This document shows positions 41,049-52,791 of a DNA stretch of 64,000 nt, one piece after another; within the stretch, counting starts at the first letter, position 1, and each line of letters begins with the position of its first letter. Source of the stretch: Azolla caroliniana (taxonomy: Eukaryota > Plantae > Polypodiophyta); contig JBHGNT010000021.1 of assembly GCA_043228905.1 (NCBI GenBank), forward strand, positions 1,116,001 to 1,180,000, written 5' to 3'. Made by a program: the position numbers and the translations under genes. The notes under the pieces are model-generated. The model ran no database searches. It saw nothing but the letters and a program-made list of their open reading frames with translations, and was not told the origin of the DNA.

Positions 41049-42820
41049 TTTTTTTTTTCCAAAAAAAAGATACTACATTAGTATTAGAAAAACCCATAAG
41101 GCTAAACATACAAGATATACCACAGATCCCCTATATTTTTCTAAATTCTAACCATCAACGTAAATAAATACTTTGGTCTTGAGTAAAACCACTCCACCTT
41201 ATCAAAAAGCCGTCTATAAAATATACATATGTCCCAGATGACATGAAACTCCAAACGCTTAAGCTCCACTTGGTGCGTATTAGCTTTTATACTATCCAAC
41301 AACCCTATGAGATTATGCACAATCTCTATCCAAATTCCCAAAATTATTTGGGCAGGTCTTTCAATCACATTTTGAAATACCTTCAAACATCGAGCCTTCC
41401 AAATATACCAATGCTACAAAGGTCTGGCACACATATCAAGTTCCTCACACAATTATCACCAAATTTTGGCAGAAAATCTGGAAACAACAACACACAAGGC
41501 GAATTACCACGTTCCAATGGCTATGAATACATAAAGTCACTACCGGTGGGAGCATGGCAATGTGGGAACCCTCTCCTAATTGTGTAGAGTGTCCAAATGC
41601 AGTAGAATCAATACGACGCGCTCTGTGGGACTGCCCAACGTCCCATCGAATATGGCGGGGGGTTGGCCGCTTGTTGCAATAGGTGCAAGGCTCAATCAAG
41701 TGAGGAAATATATGTTGGCTATCATGGCAGAGCCCGATTGGCAGATACAAGCATCAGGAGGAGGGGATGACTTTGGTGATAAAAGCACAAGAGGTTTTTT
41801 TCTCCACCATCGGCAATGTCCACTCAACTCCTCTTAAATGACAAATCTCAAGTTGTGGTGGAATTGGTCAGCCCAATAACTCTTTGGATTCTATGAAACA
41901 ATGGTGTAGACGGGTCTTCTCCAACCAAACCACGCATCCAACAATGTTACTACAAGAGATATGGAGTGAAATTGTAGCCACTCTAAAGAGCCAATATGAT
42001 GGCCTCAAGGGCGGCTCCGATGGAGTTGAAAGACAACAAATAGCCTTCATCCAACAATGGTCGTCCTCTCCCTTTCTTGAGTCAGTGGGCATCCACATAA
42101 GATGGAACTATCGCGTCCCTACAGGGATTTGTACATAATAATCTCATTTGTAAAATTTTATAACTAATGGAAGGAGTTTATTTTGGGAAAAAAAAAATAC
42201 TACTTACCAATTGCCATATTCAATGAAGTTTATCAGTTTGTATTTGTGGATTCAAAGGGATCAATTTTTTTTCCATCAAACCATGTCTCATCACAATAGC
42301 ATTTGCAACCTCTTCCTGTTCATATACCATAGGTTTATCATGTACCACCGCCCATAATACTGCACCCCATGTATACACTGCTCTAGGATATACTAGAGTT
42401 AATAATTTTATGATTTGTTTCCATATGTCCATAGCAAAACCATAACTCCACAAACAATGTTTCGCAGTCTCTATTAAATCCGTATAGAAAGGGCACATCT
42501 TGTCTACATTTCCTTTTCGCCACTCGTTAACTAGTATAGCTTTATGAACCAACAACCATCGAAAAAAAACAATTTTCCTACTCATCTTTATACCCCATAG
42601 CCATTTCCAAAATTGTTTGAGATGTTATGGAGAACACCCATTTCGTCTCCAAACAACATTTGCAGTTGGTTCTTTCCATGATCTAGCACCTAATATTTCC
42701 CTACCAATCTTCACATAATATTGAAATAAATGCACGAATTTGATGTGAACTTGCACCCACACCTTCCAATACAGTTCTCCAGGATCCCAAGTTAATCTAC
42801 ATATTGGTCTCCTTTCCATT
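41049..42820 (-). mobile_element. LINE 3' fragment (host), interrupted at 41418-42195
   Basis: Minus-strand pieces WDPGELYW...KIVFFRWLLVHKA...IWQLVSSI | WYIWKARC...WFYSRPKYLF are collinear with ORF2; tail at 41049-41068. Confidence 0.8.
41418..42195 (+). mobile_element. Nested antiparallel LINE 3' fragment
   Basis: KFWQKIW...CRVSKC..ES..RALW...WSEIVATLKSQYDGLKG...WNYRVP and poly(A). Candidate TSD aatgctac (41410-41417) / aatactac (42196-42203). Confidence 0.8.
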
Positions 42821-44821
42821 TAGTAATATCATAGAGGTTAGTAGGGTATATATGCCAACTAATTGGGAACTCTAGTAAAAGAAATGTACAATTTTATACG
42901 AGATAAGGGTGATGCAAAAAATGAAAGATGATTGGTCAAAAAAGGTTCATATGGTATAAGACTTTATTAAATGAGCGAATATCATGTCTATTAGCTAAAG
43001 TTTATGAAGAGAGTTGACTTACGAACATGTCTCATTCTAACGACACAAATCTCTCATGCAAACATTTGTTTGGGTTTGTGTGTCTAAATTTAAAACGACC
43101 ATAAAGTTTAGCAAAACATTGAAACCTATTTAATTGTGAACGAAAGTTGAACTTGTATTGCAAATTAATGTGGCTACAATGAGAAAACATTATTTTGAAG
43201 AGCTCTAACCATGTTTAAATGAATATAGGTTTAAATATCAAGTGAAAATAATCATTGTTTTCTGTTTAGAAATAAGTCAACATTTAAATCTTTTCTTTAA
43301 ATGCAACGCCCTCAATAAACAAGAAAACCAGTAGAGATTGACAACAATCATATGGTGGTCTACGCTTGCAAACTTCTTTCTGAAGTTGGTCAGATTAAAC
43401 ATGGAATTGCAGATCTAACTAGTTAATATAACTCTTGTATCCAAGATTATGACGAACAATTTGTGTGATTAAACTAGTGATGTTAGTGACACTAAACTAG
43501 TGATGTTAATTATATGTCAAGCAATCAACTTTAAAGACATAGTGCTATAAAGTACATGCTTTTATTGGTGAACCGATCCCATGAAACTCATGTTAAATCT
43601 ACCATCATTTGTGACATATTTGTCCCATGGAGTAATGAACTCAAGAACTCACGACATGGTTCCATTAGCTATTTGGTATTAACTTTCTAGTACCCTGAAA
43701 ACAACATGTGTACACTTAATGTAGCCATGGTGTATGCTTGCAAATAGACATCTACACAGATGATTGCCTTAGGAACATTTAGAGAACACTATTTACTTAG
43801 CTAAACCTTGAACCACTAGCGCTCTATGTTGGAAATTTAAAGGTTGGTTGAAACATTATGGCTATATGAAGTGCTAAAATGAAATATTTGCATAGAAAAT
43901 GTGCGAGCATATTCAAAGTTGATATGTATGGCATGATCTTTAATAGACTTTAATGTGAAGTGATGTTAATTCCTATAATGGTTTAGCCCTAGGCTTTGTT
44001 AAACTTGGTTGTTGTTGGTCAATGTTCTATGAAATATGTTACACTTGATTAGCATAAGTCTTATGGTGTACTGCTCTTTAAACTTGGCACAATTATTATT
44101 TCGAATGGAGAAATTGCCACTAGGCATTCGCTATTTACTACTTACAATATAGACTTTTAAGAGACAAATTTGTGGTAAATCGCTACAGTGAAAAGGAAAA
44201 TGTAACTAGAATCTAAGCTAAAAGGAAATCCATGGAATCTAGACTTTAAACTTAATTATTGCTTATAAAATAAATACATCTAATGTTCTGTCATAAAAAA
44301 GTATATAATATATTCTAGTACTATACAAAATATTTAGGAAACCTTTGTATCAAGTTACAAGTTGTATATATTCCAACATCATGCTATTGGTAAGGTTAGA
44401 AAACAAGATGTGTATCTATGGGGATTACGCTTATGTACATGCAAAGAGTTTATGTATGATAAAGCCTCAAACATTGTTTGGCAAGAAATAAAGTTCTTGA
44501 AATTCTCTATCATCATGATGTGGAGTTGAACACCAACGATGATGGTTGGCAAATGAACTTCATGAATTAGTTTGACTCGAATGGGATTATGTATACAATT
44601 CCTTTGATGTGCTAGTGATCCTTTACCTTTTGTAAGCCTCTTGGTGTAGCTCTATGTAAAAGAAAAACCCATGGTTTGGAATGGAGATACGAAAATGTGT
44701 ATGCTTGTATTTTAAGAGGATCATAGTAATAGACATGAGGCGCATTAAAAAAGAAGGTAAATAGAATTTGCTAGAGGGTTTTATAAAAAAAGATTCATGA
44801 CATCAAACCTATGCTTCCATT

Positions 44822-45042
44822 CATAGTACGTAAAATTTGTGTTCGTCTAGCATAACATTCGTTTTCCTATGTTGGAAAATGTTATCAAACATTATTGTGT
44901 TCCCCCCCCTTTTTTAGGTTTATTTACCTCAGAATAAATAGTTAATCCAAAAGTATGGTATTTACCATTCTTTGAGGGTGTTTACCATACTCAAATGATT
45001 GAAACATTTGCAAATGAGAATGCACGTATGGTTCATACTATG
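44822..45042. mobile_element. hAT-like MITE, copy 2
   Basis: CATAGTA...TACTATG termini; 8 bp flanks cttccatt / ctcccatt (7/8 match), the hAT TSD length; homologous to 532-791. Confidence 0.7.
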
Positions 45043-46769
45043 CTCCCATTCACGTCATTTTTTCCAGCCATGTATTTGCGTATAATAAAAATTAGGCCTA
45101 TCTTTTGCATGAAAAAAATGTTAGAATAGTTGTATATGGTCGGATAGTATATAATAAAAAGATTGTCTAGTCCATACAAATTGGCTTTGTCCTAGAATCA
45201 TATCAATAAATCAGGTGAAAGAGATTGGGATGCCTTCACTCTATAGTAGGCTACGGCTCATGGTATCACGTTCATATGCATGCAAAGAGTTGAATGCCAC
45301 TTTTTGAGGTTGTACTATTTGTCTCCATACTAACATCATATTCATACTTAGGCTACAAGTTTCTGGCAATTTTATAATCAAGTAGGCTAGGAGATTTGTA
45401 ATTTGTGTCTATATGTGCGTAAGTATTTGGGAAAATGGTTCCCTAACATTCACTAAAATGCAAGTCAAGGAAGCTTTTGAGTTTGTCGGATGGAGCAATC
45501 TTCAAAGGGCCAAATCCACCATACTATATAATATATTAGAGCATCCCTATAAATTGTGTTATCGTAGTTTCTCATGGATTCCTATTTGTTCTTAAATTTC
45601 TTGCATTTTCTCATGATTTCCTATTACATCATTTGTGAAAAGGAAACTTGAGCAGACAGATAAGAAACATTTCCGACACGACATGAAACAAAATAATTAT
45701 ATAAAGATTCACTAGATTCCCTTGAATTTGCATTATTTTATCACAATTTCTTGTTATTTCCTCCATGAGATGAAAGTAATGGAATTTCATAATTGGGTAT
45801 TATGCTCAAAATCTCCCAAAATAATGTGTTAAACCTTTCATGTGGAGAAATTGTGGGAAGCACAAAACTTCTCCAACACTAAAGTTTTTAACAAAATTCA
45901 TGTAATCAATGTTAGGTCATGCTTCAACTCAAAATATGGTTGTAAATTCTTAGTTTCCCCAACAATCCTCCAAAGAGTAACTATATGTGCTATTTGAGTG
46001 TGATATGGTCAATTTGTCCACTTTTTCTCTAGTCTTTATGTTTTAGGAACAATTACACAATAAATCTTCATTCTCAATCTTTTGAGGGTTCACCAAGGGT
46101 GCTCGGGGAAGTGATAAAACTTTAGGGGCATATGGTGAAAAAAAGACAATCCCAAGGGTTTTTAAGCATTTTCCCCTTAGGTTAGAAGTGAAATACTGAA
46201 CAAATCAGAGTATGTGCACACTAGCACGCACGTGGTTGTGTGATATCCTGCAGATAATTGCATGGTGGATGATACCCTATGATCTCAATTCTAGTGTGGG
46301 CATACACTTAAATTTGACGATTGCCCGAAACTGTTGCCAATGCATTGTGATAAATCATACTCTCAGTGCATAGCTAGAGTTGGATGGTAATGATGCATGT
46401 ACGTAATGCCATGATACAATGTACGCCCCCCCCCTTTTTTGTTGCGCCAAGCACACACACTTGATGTTACATATAAGTTGGTAGACCCAAAATATTAAGG
46501 TGTGTGCAACTTGGAAAAGGAGCATGAGAAAAAATAAATAATCATAATAATAATTGTTGCCAAGAATATATTGTAACTTAAAAGGTGTGGCACATGAGTT
46601 ACATTTACTTAGTATCACCTTTTGAACCAAGAAACCGAAAGTATAAATATATATGTTGACTTTAGGTAACCAAAGAGTTGAGTGTGTGCATGTGTATGTG
46701 TATGCGTTGGTTGTTTTTTTCTTTTATGGAGGGGGGGCGGGGTACGAGTTTTGTTTAGTTTTTTGGCAC

Positions 46770-46777
46770 TATAAATA
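46770..46777 (+). promoter_or_regulatory. TATA box of the extensin-like gene
   Basis: TATAAATA starts 70 bp upstream of the ATG at 46840; AATAAA at 47403-47408 lies downstream of the stop. Confidence 0.7.
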
Positions 46778-46839
46778 GAGTGCAAGAAGTGATTGGAGTT
46801 TTATAACAAAATCAAACCTCACCAATTCCAAAGGTAGAG

Positions 46840-47367
46840 ATGGCAAGTCCTCTAAGGGTGATAGAGTTGATGATACTTGTGTTGGTAGTAGTGATGGTGG
46901 GTTGTGTCTCTGCATGGGCACCCCATTATGAAAGCCCTTCTCCTCCTCCTCCATCACCACCTTGTCCTCCTATTCAATCTCCTCCTAAACACCCACATTA
47001 CCATAAGCACCCCATCAAGCCCCCACATCATCCACCTCATCATAAGCCACCCCATCACAAACCACCCCATCACAAACCACCCCATCACCCACCACCACCA
47101 CCACCACCACCACCACCATCACCTCCCCCTCCTCATCACCACCACCCACACTATCCTCGCCCTCGCAAACACCCAAAGAAACCCCACCATTATCCCTACA
47201 AAAGCCCACCCCCTCCTCCTCCTCCTTCTCCTTCTCCCCCACCACCCCATCACGATCATCACTATTACAAGTTCCCTCCTCTTCCTCCCTTCCATCATGA
47301 TCACCACTACCCTCACAAACCTCCCCATCCCCCTACCCACAAGAAATTACCCCCTCCACCTTACTAG
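46840..47367 (+). CDS. Secreted His/Pro-rich extensin-like hydroxyproline-rich glycoprotein, 175 aa
   Basis: Hydrophobic signal peptide (ILVLVVVMVGCVSA), SPPPP motifs, YPYKSPPPP cross-linking-type motif, HHKPP repeats, upstream TATA box. Confidence 0.88.
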   Translation: MASPLRVIELMILVLVVVMVGCVSAWAPHYESPSPPPPSPPCPPIQSPPKHPHYHKHPIKPPHHPPHHKPPHHKPPHHKPPHHPPPPPPPPPPSPPPPHHHHPHYPRPRKHPKKPHHYPYKSPPPPPPPSPSPPPPHHDHHYYKFPPLPPFHHDHHYPHKPPHPPTHKKLPPPPY

Positions 47368-48482
47368 ACTTTTGGTACTAGAAGTAACCCACCTTATTAT
47401 TCAATAAAGTCTTCCACTCTTAGTTTTCCAATGTCACTTGCTTATTTCTAGGTCCATTTTACACTAAATGTGTTAATGAGTCTAATCAGTCCCCAATCCA
47501 TATCCTTGGTAGTTGATGGTTTTCACTTGACTTAGTCATTAGACATATTAGTTCCTAGTCAATGTTTGCAGCTAGTTGATGGTCCAATTACTAGTTTTGG
47601 TTGGTTTACATGTTCCAACTAGTTTTGTTGTTAATTGGTTTTATGAGGTGCAATATTCTTGCATATACTATAGCCTTTCATGATGCATTTGCAATGTACT
47701 CATGGTTATGGTATCATGTAGTCTTGTTTCTTCTTCTTGTAAAAGTTATTGTCGTTGTTTATGATGGATTAAATAAATTTTGTATTAAGTATATCTTGAG
47801 AGGTTTTTGCTGTCATTGTCACTTATCACCACAATACGATCGTGTATTCGGCATGTACACAACTTACAACTTTACACCATGATTGACTATATGTATGTAG
47901 TCTTCGTATCTATAAACAATGTTTGCAATGTATCCTATATGTATAGTTTAAACACAACATATAGAAAATCTTTCGAGATATTTTAGTGTCCTACATTCAA
48001 TTGATCTATGTTTGTCACCACAAATTTCTCACGCACAACTTCTCTTAATCATTTACAATGATATTATCATAGGTTTAGTACAATACATACTATTATCGAG
48101 AGCCCCAAAAAGGAGTAATTGCATATCATGCCCAGTTCATCATGCTACAACGTCATCGATTGAAACCATCATTCACAAGCTCATTATATAATAAACCGAG
48201 CATGTGAAGCACTATATAATGAATAATATTATGTAGTTTTTCCAGGTATAATGAATAATTCTATAGGCCAATTATGTAGTAATAACCTCATAACTCTCTT
48301 TAAATTGGAGGCAAAACCTCTAAAGTTACACACAAATTAGAAATAATCAATCAATGTGGGCAAGTGGTGCAAGAATCCTTGATAAATCATTGATGCGTAG
48401 TGAGAAACCAAGATTGTATTCTCCAAGAGGTCCGAATTATAGTACTATTGAAATGAAAAAAATGAAAAGGGAGGAGGATCTA

Positions 48483-48665
48483 GATCCCAAACATTGCTTT
48501 TCTAAGCGCTTGCACTATGCTCTCTACAACCGAAGTATACTCAAGAACTAGGTAGGCATGTAGCCATGAATATTGGATCCCAAACATTGATTTTCTAAGC
48601 ACTTGCATTGTGATCTCTGCAACCAAAGTATACTCAAGAACTAGGTATGCATGTAGCCATGAATA
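48483..48665. repeat. Two-copy 93 bp tandem repeat
   Basis: gatcccaaacattg...tatactcaagaactaggta.gcatgtagccatgaata starts at 48483 and again at 48576. Confidence 0.9.
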
Positions 48666-49489
48666 CAAGTTGTAGATATGACCACATAAAAATCTAAATG
48701 ATATAGATACAAGATAAAGTCGAACAAACATCATGTCTAAGTAAATCCATGCATAAACATGTTAATATCCATACATTACACAAATGATACAAAACAAAAA
48801 TAAAACTAGGCAATAAAAACAAATGAAAGTTTTGATTTGTGTGCCATGTTCATCGGGAAGAACATTGTTATGCTACTACAAAATTGGTTGTTTCAAGTAT
48901 CTCCATTGATGTGAGAAATTCCAAATTATTTAATTGTGGGTATTGATGAAAACTCCCCATTTTTCCACACTTTTCTAGTGGTATTGAATATTTCAATGAT
49001 CCTATAAACGTGGTTGAAGCTCATTAATAAAGGCATTAGATACAAATGGGAGAGGAAAACATGGCTTGCCTGCCTCTAGAATTAAGCATGTAGGCACTAA
49101 GGGTTGCCTTAAGCTAATGAATTAAGAAGTCTTTACAAAGGAATGTCTAGCTTCAAACCTTAAAACTAAGGAGGTAAAGGCTAAATTAGGGAGCCACTCA
49201 CATAAAGCCACTCTTTACTTCTTTTATAACTCTTACACTCCACTTTAAGTTTACATTTATATTCTTAAAATACCCTACTTATTATTTATATTTTATAGCC
49301 ACACTTAACATATGTGTCCTATTGATCCAAGATACATGTCCACAACAAGATGGCCAACATTGTAATATACACATCAATGAGAGATTTGATTCCTATTTTA
49401 TTAATTTGGGTATAATGATGAAGATTTCCGTTACACCACATTATGAAGATTACATAGAATGTGGGTTAGTGATCTTCAACATTTTGTAA

Positions 49490-49670
49490 CATTGGTGTGA
49501 GAGGTTCATAGGTAAAGCTTTTGTTAGCATATCTAGAATGTTGTGCATAGTATACATTATCTATAATATGACACAATTGAACTTCACCACACAATCTCAT
49601 GAGGTGGTAATGCTATTTGATATGCTTCGTTTTTGCATGAAATACTAGATTTCCGACCAATGTAAATCCT
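49490..49670 (-). mobile_element. Old Ty1/copia RNase H remnant
   Basis: Minus strand reads NLVFHAKTKHIK*HYHLMR...DMLTKAL, a decayed form of copia NPVFHARTKHI...ADxLTKAL. Confidence 0.75.
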
Positions 49671-50063
49671 ATTGTGTAGAGTTACACTTTGATGAATTTC
49701 TCTTGGATTCTATTCACAATTGTCCATATTCCAATCGTGACAAGTAGTTGGTCATTGCATGTTGTTAGTTACTCGAATTCCTTGAGCAATATCCTCCATT
49801 AGGCAAGTTTGTCAACTAATGCATTCTTGCCACCATATATAAACAGTTGAATGACCTCCATAAAAGGGCATAAGTTTCTACGTTAACTAGGGACAATGAT
49901 GTAACAATATATCAAACGAATGGAGCTTGTGATCACTTATACCTAAGCAATGATAACATCCAAAACGATGCAAACATTTTGTCCATGACTAGACTATAAT
50001 TCACGACTTCCTCTAAGACTCCCACAACCAATGCAAGGACATATGAGATTCGCAAATATCAAT

Positions 50064-50105
50064 TGTCATCAATGTAAAAAACGTGGTCACACAAGAAATG
50101 AATGC
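50064..50105 (+). mobile_element. CCHC zinc-knuckle remnant (retroelement gag/ORF1)
   Basis: CHQCKKRGHTRNEC = CX2CX4HX4C, in a broken frame. Confidence 0.6.
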
Positions 50106-50149
50106 AACAACAAAAGCTTTAGAAACAAATGCAATGAAGTCCATTTTTC

Positions 50150-50286
50150 TGGTTTTGGTGTTGTTCCTCCATGTTGTATATATCGATCCCACTAACTTGG
50201 TTAGTCTTTGTGTATCTTCGGGTTAAACTTTATTGTATTTATTTTGCTAATTAATGTGAAGTAGGGTTTTTTTTTGGAAAAAAAAA
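50150..50286 (+). mobile_element. Short LINE tail
   Basis: Ends ttaatgtgaagtagggT9-GG-A9, resembling 34142-34185. Confidence 0.6.
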
Positions 50287-50524
50287 CTTGGACACCTCAA
50301 ATATCAAGACACCATAGTTATTAAGGTATGTCTATAAGGAAAAATTAAAATATCTTAAAATATTTGCATGTTTTGCCACATGCGAAGACAAGAAACGAAT
50401 TAGACACTTGGGTAAACAAAACGATCTTCGTCAGATATGGTGACGCTCATGGATACAAAGCCTACTAAATGTATGATGAATCATGAGACATCAAATATTA
50501 AATTCATCTTCAGCGGAAGCATAC

Positions 50525-51510
50525 ATTTTTATGAATCTACTATTATGACCACACATGCCAACCACAAATACAACGAATGATCTAACAAACTTGTCAAACT
50601 TACAATCCAAAACAGTGACAGACAAAAAATTGACATACGAATAAACTTGATACTATGTAAGAGCAACCCTCATATCCACACCAACCAACATGTCAAGTAT
50701 CAAAAGCCCTTTTGTAGGTATGTTCCAAGACGGGGGGTGGAAAAAGCCATGTTGGTGGAGCATATCTTCACTTTATTCTTTCTCCAAAAGAGGTGAAGAC
50801 CTCTGCCTTTTTCCAAATTTCTCGAAATTGTTGCTGTTTATGAATCGCAACCTTAGACTCACCAGTTATTGCATCATATTTACCTCTTAAAGTATGTAAG
50901 AGCATTAACCATATCTCTTTGACTAACTCAACCGCATTTTGTTTAACTTTATGAAATACACATTTACATCTAGCCTTCCACAATACCACTAGAGAAGATA
51001 TCGTAGACCAGACCTTATCAGAGACCTCCAATACATGTCTTCCATCGGAGAGGAGAAGAAAATCACCATACTCCTTTTCATAGTTCTGAATTTCTTTAGC
51101 CAATCTTCCCCATCTTACAAAACCCCATGTGTACACATGCTTACCATAAATAGGATACAACATTCTCAACATTCTTTTCCAAACTGCTCTAGCAATAGGA
51201 CATATCCATAAAACATGGTAAACCGATTCAATGGGAGAACCACAACTGTCACATTTTTAATCATGGCAATGTCCCCGCATCCATGACTTCACATGAATGC
51301 CATAATGTGTTAACAATCTTAAATAACACAACATTTTTAGGAATTTGGATGGCCCATAACCATTTCCAATAAGCATTCAACCAAGACTTGGTTACATTAC
51401 CAAATTTCCAAAATTTACAAGCTGTTGGTGTAACAGTCACACCTCTCCTTAGTATTTCTCTACCCATTTTTACCGAAAATTGAAAAAATGGGATTTGCTT
51501 ACCTAGCATT
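50525..51510 (-). mobile_element. LINE ORF2 3' fragment
   Basis: PFFQFSVKMGREIL...YWKWLWAIQIP...LWKARCKCVF...LRGKYDAITG...RYAPPTWLFPP. Confidence 0.85.
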
Positions 51511-51513
51511 CCT

Positions 51514-52309
51514 TGTGTTGATATTATGAGTTTATGTTGACGACAAGGTCGTAGACAAGGAGTGCGGAAATGGTGAATAATCGACGAGCGGAGGAGATAT
51601 CGGAGAAGAGGAACACCAAGGTCGATTGAGCGCACCTGAATCGATAGAGTGCTTGGTGTATACGAAGAGATAGGAGTAGGTATTAAGAAGAGGGGCAAGG
51701 GTAGGGGATTAACATACTAATTGAAAAATGAAATAGAGGGAGAAAGGGGAAGGGGGGTGGCGGCTAAACACAAAAACTAATAAAAACATAATAAACCTAA
51801 GATTAAAGATTAAAAATGAGATTAAAACATAATAAACCTAATATTAAAGATAAAAAACGAGATTAAAAACCTAATTAAAGTTTAAAAAGTGGGGTAAGGG
51901 GAAGGGAAGGGACTAACATAAAAACTAATAAAATGATTAAACCGTAAATAATAATAATAATCATATATAACCCTAAGTGCAACACAAGGTAATGGGAAGG
52001 GTAGGATGGATTAACCTATTAGTTAAAAATAAATTGAAAGAGAGAGAGAGGGAGAGAGAGATTAAAACATAATAACACTAAGATTAAGGATTAAAAACGA
52101 GATTAAAACATAATAAACTTAAGATTAAAGATAAAAACGAGATTAAAAACCTAATTAAAGTTTTAAAAGTAGGGTAAGGGTAGGGGAGGGGATTAACATA
52201 TTACTTAAAATGAAAGAGAGAGGTACCATTTACAACTGAAAAACGAGATTAGAACATAATTAAAAGGGGGATGGAGAGATAAAACATAGGTAAAAACATA
52301 ATTAGAAAA

Positions 52310-52356
<47 letters not shown>

Positions 52357-52753
52357 ATATTTGGTTTAGAATAAGGGGTATAGGGTGGCTAAGGAAAAAT
52401 GGAGGGGTAGAGGCATAAATAGGGGAAAAATTGGAGGAGGGGTATATGTGTAAATAGTGAAAAGTTGGAGGAGGGGTAGAGGCGTAAATAGGGAAAAGTT
52501 GGAGGAGGGTAGAGGTATAAATAGGGAAAAGTTGGAGGCAACCACTTGCCGGGGATCAATGTGTAGCACACATTCCTACCTACCTTGGCAACTCACATGC
52601 CATGGGTTTTGTGGTTGTTTGGATGCTTCAAGCATTGTAAGTTAAGCGTGCTTGAGCCAGAACAGTACTGGGATGGGTGACCTCCCGGGAAGTCCTGGTT
52701 ACATCTACGGTAGTAATGGGTTCGGGGGGGCCCATTGCTATCAAGAATGGACA
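51514..52753 (+). mobile_element. Unclassified non-coding LTR-like block carrying a 5S-derived segment (Cassandra-like)
   Basis: Purine-rich plus strand, internal duplications (gattaaaacataataaacctaagattaaag; ~33 nt gaaaagttggaggagggtagagg units), TATAAATAGG at ~52515, then the 5S segment. Lies between two LINE pieces; the termini are uncertain. Confidence 0.45.
52640..52706 (+). ncRNA. 5S rRNA-derived fragment (3' part: A box, C box, helices IV-V); not a complete 5S gene
   Basis: AGTTAAGCGTGCTTGAGCCAGAACAGTACTGGGATGGGTGACCTCCCGGGAAGTCCTGGT matches plant 5S from about +50 onward; the ACCGGATCCCATCAGAACTCC part is absent. Confidence 0.9.
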
Positions 52754-52791
52754 TGCTCCGTATTCGCAAGAGAGGAGCTACATGATTTTCC

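Noticed and set aside
52621-52710. Functional 5S rRNA gene or rDNA unit
   Set aside because: Most of the 5' half is missing, there is no adjacent oligo-T terminator, and there are no tandem copies.
52709-52753. Helitron 3' end (hairpin plus CTRR)
   Set aside because: The hairpin is present but no CTRR follows; its three G-T pairs are equally explained by C-to-T decay.
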